Shown piece after piece: positions 28,054 to 34,484 of a DNA stretch of 64,000 bases. Source of the stretch: Oscillospiraceae bacterium. Lineage in GTDB: Bacteria; Bacillota; Clostridia; Oscillospirales; Oscillospiraceae. The notes under the pieces were generated by a model that was not told where the DNA came from, searched no databases, and saw only the letters and a program-made list of their open reading frames with translations. Position 1 is the first letter of the stretch. Each line of letters begins with the position of its first letter. Position numbers and translations under genes: made by a program. The DNA lies in contig JAZRVW010000037.1 of the NCBI GenBank assembly GCA_045599385.1, forward strand, positions 53 to 64,052, given 5' to 3'.

Positions 28054-29136
28054 ATGAAAATTTTGCGCTCAGGTACTAAACCTCCTTTTAAACGCACGCT
28101 TCGCAACTGGCTGATTCTCTTTGCCGTACTTGGTGCCGCATGGATTCTTTGCACGGTAATCGGCACTGCGGGATCTACTGACGATTACTATGTTGCGTTT
28201 ATATTCGTACTTGCCGTACTTGTTATCTCCCTCCTTACAGACGGATACTTTTACGGTATTCTCGCATCGCTTGTCAGCGTTCTCGGCGTCAACTGGGCAT
28301 TCACCTATCCGTACATGGAGCTAAACTTCACAATATACGGATACCCCACCACGTTTATTACAATGCTTGCCGTATCGCTTGTAATTTCAACTCTGACTAC
28401 CCGTATTCGCGAGCATGAGAAGCTCAAGCACGAAAGCGAGCAGGCAGAGCTCCGCGCAAGCCTTCTCCGCTCCATTTCCCATGACCTGCGCACGCCTCTT
28501 ACATCTATCATCGGCTCCATAAGCACAGTAATTGATGAGCCAAACATCAGCACTAAACAGCGCAACAGTCTGCTTTACGGGGCAAAGTCCGACGCGGAAT
28601 GGCTGATACGCATGGTTGAAAATCTTCTGTCCATAACGCGAATCAGCGGCACCGAGGATACGGAAATCATTAAGTCCCCGGAAATGCTGGAGGAAATCAT
28701 CGGTGAATGCTCCGCAAATTTCAAGAAGCGCAATCCGGGCGTAAATCTTAAGGTTTCGGTTCCCGAGGATTTCATCATGGTTGAAGTTGATGCCATGCTC
28801 GTTGAGCAGGTTATTATGAATCTTCTTGAAAACTCCGTGCATCACGCGAAAACCGCTTCAGAAATTAAGCTCAGCGCCTTTTCCGACGGCGGTTTCGCGC
28901 ACATTGTGGTTTCCGACAACGGCGTGGGTATCGACCCTGCAATAATAGATGACTTGTTCAAGGGTCAGATTTCACCTACCGACAACAACAAATTCCGCGG
29001 CATAGGACTTGCAGTCTGCAAGACCATAGTCAACGCTCACAATGGAGAAATCTTTTTCCGCAACAGTGACGCAGGCGGTGCCGTTTTTGAATTCACATTA
29101 CCTATGGAGGTCGCAAACGATGAATATCAGGGATAA
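28054..29136 (+). CDS. sensor histidine kinase, KdpD C-terminal (DUF4118-HisKA-HATPase) type
   Basis: 4-TM DUF4118-like N-terminus, H-box SISHDLRTPLTSI, N box LLENSVHHA, G boxes DNGVGI and FRGIGLAVC. No KdpD N-terminal sensor domain. Confidence 0.88.
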   Translation: MKILRSGTKPPFKRTLRNWLILFAVLGAAWILCTVIGTAGSTDDYYVAFIFVLAVLVISLLTDGYFYGILASLVSVLGVNWAFTYPYMELNFTIYGYPTTFITMLAVSLVISTLTTRIREHEKLKHESEQAELRASLLRSISHDLRTPLTSIIGSISTVIDEPNISTKQRNSLLYGAKSDAEWLIRMVENLLSITRISGTEDTEIIKSPEMLEEIIGECSANFKKRNPGVNLKVSVPEDFIMVEVDAMLVEQVIMNLLENSVHHAKTASEIKLSAFSDGGFAHIVVSDNGVGIDPAIIDDLFKGQISPTDNNKFRGIGLAVCKTIVNAHNGEIFFRNSDAGGAVFEFTLPMEVANDEYQG

Positions 29137-29827
29137 AATTCTTATTGTTGAAGATGAGCGAAGCATAACAAATTTTCTGAAAACGATTCTCGTTTCCAAT
29201 GACTACGACGTTATCATTGCCCGCTCGGGTGCAGAGGCATATTCCATGATTACCTCGCACTGTCCGGACCTTATCGTACTTGACCTGGGTTTGCCCGATA
29301 TTGACGGTCTGCAGATTATCAAATCCGTGCGTGAATGGACTCTGCTTCCCATTGTAGTTGTTTCCGCGCGCTCTCACGAGCGCGACAAGGTTGAGGCGCT
29401 TGACTTAGGCGCAGATGACTACATCACGAAGCCCTTCGGCGCAGGCGAGCTTCTTGCGCGCATACGCACCGCAATCCGCCACACCCGCACGGGACTTGCA
29501 AACGAAACAATCGCCACAACGGGCAAGTTCAAGGCAGGCGACCTTGAGATTGACTATGACAAGCATCAGGTATTTGTAAACGGTGTCAATGCGGGGCTTA
29601 CGCAGAACGAATATAAAATCGTTGCGCTTCTGGGCAAATGCGCAGGCAAGGTGCTGACCTATGACTACATAATCAAGGAGCTGTGGGGACCCGGTACCAG
29701 AGGCAACAATCAGAGTCTCCGTGTCCACATGGCAAATATCCGCCGCAAGATTGAAAAGAACCCCGGTGAACCCGAATATATCTTCACCGAAATCGGTGTG
29801 GGCTACCGCATGATTGAGTCCGATTAA
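29120..29827 (+). CDS. OmpR-family response regulator (KdpE-like)
   Basis: ATG 29120 lies 9 nt after GGAGG and overlaps the HK stop. Receiver motifs ILIVEDE and DLIVLDLGLPDIDG, plus a winged-helix C-terminus. Confidence 0.9.
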   Translation: MNIRDKILIVEDERSITNFLKTILVSNDYDVIIARSGAEAYSMITSHCPDLIVLDLGLPDIDGLQIIKSVREWTLLPIVVVSARSHERDKVEALDLGADDYITKPFGAGELLARIRTAIRHTRTGLANETIATTGKFKAGDLEIDYDKHQVFVNGVNAGLTQNEYKIVALLGKCAGKVLTYDYIIKELWGPGTRGNNQSLRVHMANIRRKIEKNPGEPEYIFTEIGVGYRMIESD

Positions 29828-29907
29828 TTTACGTTTAGTTTATAAATTCATCAGATAACATGGTATAATGGTTTTGCTGTTATACCATGTTTTTATAGGG
29901 GGATAAA

Positions 29908-30816
29908 ATGTCCAAAAGTATTCTCAAGGAACACGTTTTTCCGTTAATAATGATTCTTGCGGGTGCCGTCATAGCGGCCTTCTCCATTGAATGCTTCCTG
30001 CTGCCCAACACCATTCTCGACGGCGGCGTAACTGGCACAAGCATGATAATCAACAAACTCGCAGGGCTTCCCCTGAGTATTCTTATTGTTGTAATAAACA
30101 TTCCGTTTTTCGTTGTAGGCTTCAAGGCCCTCGGCAAGCGATTTCTGCTTCGCGCCGTAATCGCCATCGCCGTGTTTTCCTCCATGCTGGAGGTTTTCGC
30201 CGTAATGGAGCCAATTACGGATTCCGAGCTTCTTGCCGTTGTCTTCGGCGGAGTAATTCTCGGCGTTGGTGTCGGACTTGTCCTGCGCTTCGGCGGCTGT
30301 CTTGACGGCACCGAAATTGCCGCCATGCTTCTTTCAAAAAAGCTCGGCATGTCAACGGGCGGCATCATCTTTGCTTTCAATATAGTCATATATTCCGTTG
30401 CAGGCTTCTGCTTTGACTGGACCAGCGCAATGTACTCCCTCCTCACCTACTTTATCACCTTCAAGATAATCGACCTTGTGGAAGTCGGCATGGAGGGTGC
30501 AAAGGCCGCCATGATTATCACGGAAAATGCCGATGTGCTTGCCGACACCATATACAGCAGGCTCGGACGCACCTGCACCTTCATTTCTGCGGAAGGTCTT
30601 GTCAGCGGCAGCAGAAAAACCGTTTTGTACTGTGTAATCACCCGCGTTGAAGTCAATGAGTTCAAGCGCATTATCCGTGACGCTGACGTTTCCGCCTTTG
30701 TAACCATATCCGAGGTATCCGAAATTCTCGGCAATCACATCAAGAAAAGCTCACCCGCAAATAAAGAAAAGTCATTGACAAAAGAGGCCTCAGCCGCTAC
30801 CATAGAAACGAAATAA
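29908..30816 (+). CDS. YitT-family membrane protein (DUF2179 C-terminal domain)
   Basis: Duplicated YitT membrane repeats and a soluble DUF2179-like C-terminus. Confidence 0.8.
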   Translation: MSKSILKEHVFPLIMILAGAVIAAFSIECFLLPNTILDGGVTGTSMIINKLAGLPLSILIVVINIPFFVVGFKALGKRFLLRAVIAIAVFSSMLEVFAVMEPITDSELLAVVFGGVILGVGVGLVLRFGGCLDGTEIAAMLLSKKLGMSTGGIIFAFNIVIYSVAGFCFDWTSAMYSLLTYFITFKIIDLVEVGMEGAKAAMIITENADVLADTIYSRLGRTCTFISAEGLVSGSRKTVLYCVITRVEVNEFKRIIRDADVSAFVTISEVSEILGNHIKKSSPANKEKSLTKEASAATIETK

Positions 30817-30839
30817 ACTATATGCGGGGGTAAAGAACC

Positions 30840-31325
30840 ATGGATTTGCGCACAAGCAAGGAAAATTATTATCTTGATATTGCCGACGCTGTTCTGCAGC
30901 GCTCCACCTGTCTGCGCCGTATGTACGGTGCAATCATTGTCCGCAACGACGAAATCATTTCCACGGGCTATAACGGAGCTCCCCGCGGCAGAATCAACTG
31001 CACCGATGCAGGCCGCTGCGCACGTCAGGAGCTTAAAATTCCCTCAGGCGAGCGCTATGAGCTCTGCCGCAGCGTTCACGCCGAGGCAAACGCAATCATC
31101 TCCGCCTCACGCCGTGACATGATCGGCGCAACGCTGTACCTTGTAGGGCGCGACGCGCAGACGCATGAGCTTTTAAAGGACGCAACAAGCTGCTCCATGT
31201 GTCGCCGCCAGGTCATCAATGCGGGCATCGCAAAGGTAATTATCCGCAGCGGCGAAAAGACATTCAAAATCGTCGATGTTGAAGAGTGGGTAAAAAACGA
31301 CGATTCTCTGTTCTGGACAGAATAA
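30840..31325 (+). CDS. comEB: dCMP deaminase (ComEB-type cytidine/deoxycytidylate deaminase)
   Basis: Zinc motifs HAEANAI and SCSMCRRQV, 161 aa. Confidence 0.88.
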   Translation: MDLRTSKENYYLDIADAVLQRSTCLRRMYGAIIVRNDEIISTGYNGAPRGRINCTDAGRCARQELKIPSGERYELCRSVHAEANAIISASRRDMIGATLYLVGRDAQTHELLKDATSCSMCRRQVINAGIAKVIIRSGEKTFKIVDVEEWVKNDDSLFWTE

Positions 31326-31380
31326 TTAGCAAAAATCAAACGGCTGAAAGAGTTTCTCTTTCAGCCGTTTTTGCTTTGGT

Positions 31381-31629
31381 TTATTTCCATCTTTTAAGTG
31401 TCGGGAACAGTTTTTGGCAATGCGCCTTCATCTCTTCATTGCTCATGCCCGCCTGTGCGCCGTACTGTGAGCACATTTCTATGTATTCCTCCATGGATAC
31501 ATCGTCGATGAACTCACCCTTCACATAGCAGTATTTGCAGTAATCATTACTGAGGCTTCCGTCCTTTTCAGTACCCCACTGCTCATCTGAAGCAATGGGC
31601 ATACCGCAGCTCTGGCAAACTTTTTCCAT
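31381..31629 (-). CDS. putative zinc-ribbon domain protein (Zn_ribbon_2-like)
   Basis: CQSCGMP...YCKYCY cysteine pairs and a C-terminal LFPTLKRWK. Its SD lies at the 3' end of the upstream gene. Confidence 0.8.
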   Translation of the reverse strand: MEKVCQSCGMPIASDEQWGTEKDGSLSNDYCKYCYVKGEFIDDVSMEEYIEMCSQYGAQAGMSNEEMKAHCQKLFPTLKRWK

Positions 31630-31641
31630 ACTGTTTCTCCT

Positions 31642-32430
31642 TTATCCGTTCTTCAGCTTTTCGATTTCCATTGCAATGCTCTGGCAAAGCTGCGTTCTTT
31701 CGTTGAAAAGCCGTGTAAGCTCCGCCGCCTCACCGCTTCCGCCGCTGAAGTCCAGCTCCTCAAGAGTGTGGGTTTCAAGCTCCTCAAGCTTAAGGCGGCA
31801 GGCTTCAAGATGCTTTGCCGTACGGCGTTCGCGTTCTTCGGCTTCCGTAAATATGTTGTACAGCTCGCAGAACTCTTCCTCGCGGGCTTTTATGCTTTCC
31901 TCGTCATCTGCTTTGTATTTTGCCAAAATACCGTTGCGGCACTTCTCAGCCGTCCTTGACTTATCAACATTCTTTCTGTAGCCCAGCGCCATCAATGCAC
32001 CAAGCACCGCAAAAACAGTTGTTTCCCACAGCGTAGGCTTGCTGAATACGGCGCCTGCTACGGCAAATACTATGGCCAGCGCCCATATTGCGATAACGGG
32101 CCAGAGTCTGTTATTGCGCTCCGCGCATTTTTTCAGCTCAAGCGACTCTTTAACGTCAGCCTCAACCTCAGCGTGTACCTCCTCAGGCTCACGCTGACCT
32201 ATTACGCAGCTGCAGAGAGCGGCTCTGCAGGCATCGCGTGTGTCATCTGCCTTCTCATGCTCGATATTGGCTTCGTTAAATTCCGCACGCGTATTGCGTA
32301 GATTTGCCAGCGCATCTTTACGTATCTGCTTGCGGCTTTCCTGCATCTCCGCAGCTATGCGCTCGCAGTCCGCTTTGCACTTATCAAGCTCGGCTTCCAG
32401 TACCGCGATTTTTGTTTCCTTATCCGTCAT
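31642..32430 (-). CDS. coiled-coil protein with central 2-TM hairpin, unknown function
   Basis: Heptad-rich charged N- and C-terminal regions flank WPVIAIWALAIVFAVAGAVF / TTVFAVLGALMALGY. ATGA overlap with the ymdB stop. Confidence 0.7.
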   Translation of the reverse strand: MTDKETKIAVLEAELDKCKADCERIAAEMQESRKQIRKDALANLRNTRAEFNEANIEHEKADDTRDACRAALCSCVIGQREPEEVHAEVEADVKESLELKKCAERNNRLWPVIAIWALAIVFAVAGAVFSKPTLWETTVFAVLGALMALGYRKNVDKSRTAEKCRNGILAKYKADDEESIKAREEEFCELYNIFTEAEERERRTAKHLEACRLKLEELETHTLEELDFSGGSGEAAELTRLFNERTQLCQSIAMEIEKLKNG

Positions 32431-33200
32431 GTGAGTCTAATTCCCTCCGCTTTCAGACATCTGCCGCTTTCGGAGTCGATCTCAAACACGCAGCCCTCAA
32501 GCTTTGCGGGGCCGCCTGCGGAGTCGTAGCGCTGAGGAGGATCGCCGAGGAATTTGCCGATTGACTGCTCGGGCTCGATTCCGATGACGGAGTTGATTGC
32601 GCCCGTCATACCCAGGTCGGTGATGTAGCCCGTACCCTTGGGAAGCACGCAGGCATCGGAGGTCTGAACATGGGTGTGGGTACCCCAGACCGCGCTGGCT
32701 CTGCCGTCAAGCAGGAAGCCCATGGCGCGCTTTTCGCTTGTGCCTTCGGCATGGAAGTCCACAAGGATAATTTTTTCGCGGATTTCCTCCATGTAGCCGT
32801 CGGCAATGACGAAGGGGTTGTCGGTGTTTGTGTCAAGTGTAAAATGTCCCATAAGGTTCATGACGCAGACATCGCCGAAATCGGTTTTGAAAACCTCAAG
32901 TCCGCGTCCCGGGCATTGAGGGGCGCAGTTTGCAGGGCGCAGAATGCGCTTGCGCTCCTCAAGATAAGGCCGCAGCTCCGTGCGCGTCCATGTGTGGTTG
33001 CCCAGGGTAATTACATCAGCGCCTGCCCGAAAAATCGCATCGGCCTGACGGGGAGTAACTCCCACAACGTTGGCGTTTTCGCCGTTCACAACGCAGAAGC
33101 TTATGCCCAGCTCCTGCTTTATTCTTTTAAGATTTTTGGTGATATATTCGAGTCCCGGTTCGCCGCAGACATCGCCCACCGCCAAGATTTTTATATTCAT
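32427..33200 (-). CDS. ymdB: YmdB-family metallophosphoesterase (TIGR00282 type)
   Basis: MNIKILAVGDVCGEPG, GNHTW and GTHTHV motifs. Confidence 0.9.
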   Translation of the reverse strand: MNIKILAVGDVCGEPGLEYITKNLKRIKQELGISFCVVNGENANVVGVTPRQADAIFRAGADVITLGNHTWTRTELRPYLEERKRILRPANCAPQCPGRGLEVFKTDFGDVCVMNLMGHFTLDTNTDNPFVIADGYMEEIREKIILVDFHAEGTSEKRAMGFLLDGRASAVWGTHTHVQTSDACVLPKGTGYITDLGMTGAINSVIGIEPEQSIGKFLGDPPQRYDSAGGPAKLEGCVFEIDSESGRCLKAEGIRLT

Positions 33201-33299
33201 AAAAAAGCTGCCTTTCGTGGATTCATACGGTTATTATAGCATAACTTTCACTGCTGTATCAAAACATTTTGGAGATAATATGTTACGGAGGTGTAAACA

Positions 33300-33467
33300 A
33301 TGCACAAAACAAACTTTCTCGTAGGAATGGGCATCGGCGTGGCAGTAGGAAGCTGTGCCGGCGCGATGCTTAAATCGGGCAAAAAGAGCCCCAAGAACGT
33401 TGTAAGCAAAACTCTCAAAACCATGGGTGACGTAGTCGAAGCTGTGTCAAGCTCCATGGGCATGTAA
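33300..33467 (+). CDS. small membrane protein (55 aa), YtxH/Gly-zipper-like
   Basis: GGAGGTG SD 6 nt before the ATG. Product is MHKTNFLVGMGIGVAVGSCAGAML + a basic/amphipathic tail. Preferred over the antisense 71-aa track ORF. Confidence 0.55.
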   Translation: MHKTNFLVGMGIGVAVGSCAGAMLKSGKKSPKNVVSKTLKTMGDVVEAVSSSMGM

Positions 33468-33495
33468 ATTTTTCTGCAAAAAAGCCAAAAAGCTC

Positions 33496-33524
33496 TTGCA
33501 TTTCAGTTCCCGCTGTGCTATATT
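33496..33524 (+). promoter_or_regulatory. tRNA-Arg promoter
   Basis: TTGCAT-17 nt-TATATT, 20 nt before the tRNA. Confidence 0.55.
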
Positions 33525-33544
33525 ATTTAGGCGCTAAGCAATAA

Positions 33545-33621
33545 GCGCCGCTAGCTCAGCTGGATAGAGCGTCTGGCTACGGACCAGAAGGTCAGGGGTT
33601 CGAATCCCTTGCGGCGTGCCA
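33545..33621 (+). tRNA. tRNA-Arg (anticodon ACG), CCA encoded
   Basis: GCGCCGC acceptor (G1-U72), D-arm GCTCAGCTGGATAGAGC, anticodon loop CTACGGA, T-loop GGGGTTCGAATCCCTT and a 3' GCCA. Confidence 0.9.
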
Positions 33622-33628
33622 AGAAAAA

Positions 33629-33655
33629 ATCCTCCACCACGGTGGAGGATTTTTT
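33629..33655 (+). terminator. tRNA-Arg terminator
   Basis: ATCCTCCACCacGGTGGAGGAT stem followed by TTTTT. Confidence 0.8.
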
Positions 33656-33786
33656 CTTCATTGTCCAAGGGATTCGAACCCGAAAGGGTCGGCACGTTTA
33701 GAAAACAGTCCGGTGGACTGTTTTTAGTGCCGAGGTGCGCAGAAGCTATGCCTTGGGCACGGCAGATTTGCGCAGCAAAGCTGCTA

Positions 33787-33806
33787 AATCCCTTGCGGCG
33801 TGCCAA
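33787..33806 (+). repeat. 20-nt direct duplicate of the tRNA-Arg 3' end
   Basis: AATCCCTTGCGGCGTGCCAA is identical to 33603..33622 and is again followed by a terminator hairpin (ACACCCATCCaatcGGATGGGTGT). Confidence 0.85.
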
Positions 33807-33845
33807 ATAAAAACACCCATCCAATCGGATGGGTGTTTTTATTTG

Positions 33846-34041
33846 GCCGCGCGCAAGGCGCGGTAAAATCCGCTTCGCTCAATTTTTGCGAGAGGGGCAA
33901 AAGAGTCAAACCGAAGCCCAGCGAAGCGGGTTCGGTTTGAAGAGGAAGAACAACGCTGTCGGTCGATGGCATTCCGCTTACGGAATGCCGTGACCTTTCA
34001 GCGTTGTTCTGACGAAATCCCCTCTCGTGCTCTCCCCATGC
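33846..34041 (+). repeat. tRNA-trailing structured repeat, copy 3 (with ~125-nt nested-hairpin cargo)
   Basis: Same framework as 23943..24026: GC hairpin, ATCCGCTTCGCTCAATTT, GAGAGGGG...TCCCCTCTCGTGCTCTCCCCATGC. Here the GAGAGGGG/CCCCTCTC stem encloses three further hairpins. Confidence 0.75.
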
Positions 34042-34167
34042 AAGTCATTTTCCCGAAAGGGTCGGCATCAAATCATGCTAAAACATTTTTGTTAAAAAAG
34101 CTCACCGCCTATAACATGGCGGTGAGCTTTTTATCATATTATCAGGTGTAGAATGTGCACATTCCGG

Positions 34168-34464
34168 TTATTCGACTGTCAGGATATCGCAGAAGCCCGT
34201 AATCTCAAAAATTTCCATGATGTCCTCATTCACGTTTATGAGCTTCATGCTTCCCTGCTTGTTCATGCGCTTCTGTGCCGCCAGCAAAACGCGGAGGCCT
34301 GCAGAGGATATGTACTCAAGCTCCTTGAAGTCAAATTCAAGCTCCGTGATTTCGTCAAGCTCATTCAGCAGCATCTCGTCAAGCTCAGGTGCGGTTGTGG
34401 TGTCAAGTCTGCCGGTAAGGGCAAGGCTCATCTTGTTTTCTTCTTTATTCTTTGCAATTACCAT
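34168..34464 (-). CDS. STAS-domain anti-sigma-factor antagonist (SpoIIAA/RsbV-like)
   Basis: STAS fold with the phosphorylatable-Ser motif LEYISSAGLRVL. ATG 34464 lies 6 nt after AGGAGA, 21 nt (34465..34485) downstream of the phosphatase/kinase stop. Confidence 0.88.
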   Translation of the reverse strand: MVIAKNKEENKMSLALTGRLDTTTAPELDEMLLNELDEITELEFDFKELEYISSAGLRVLLAAQKRMNKQGSMKLINVNEDIMEIFEITGFCDILTVE

Positions 34465-34484
34465 ATCATTTCTCCTTTGCAAAA

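Noticed and set aside
28054-29827. Interpreting the HK/RR pair as the potassium-sensing KdpDE system.
   Set aside because: The kinase lacks the KdpD N-terminal sensor/Usp region, and no kdpFABC genes are in the window. Only the generic architecture is shared.
33248-33463. 71-aa minus-strand ORF.
   Set aside because: It is antisense to a 55-aa ORF that has a GGAGGTG SD and a plausible small-membrane-protein sequence.
33534-34151. Track ORFs across the tRNA-Arg and repeat region (33534..33824 minus, 33616..33810 plus, 33784..33972 minus, 33966..34151 plus).
   Set aside because: Same reason as above: they overlap a tRNA, terminators and nested palindromes, with no SD.
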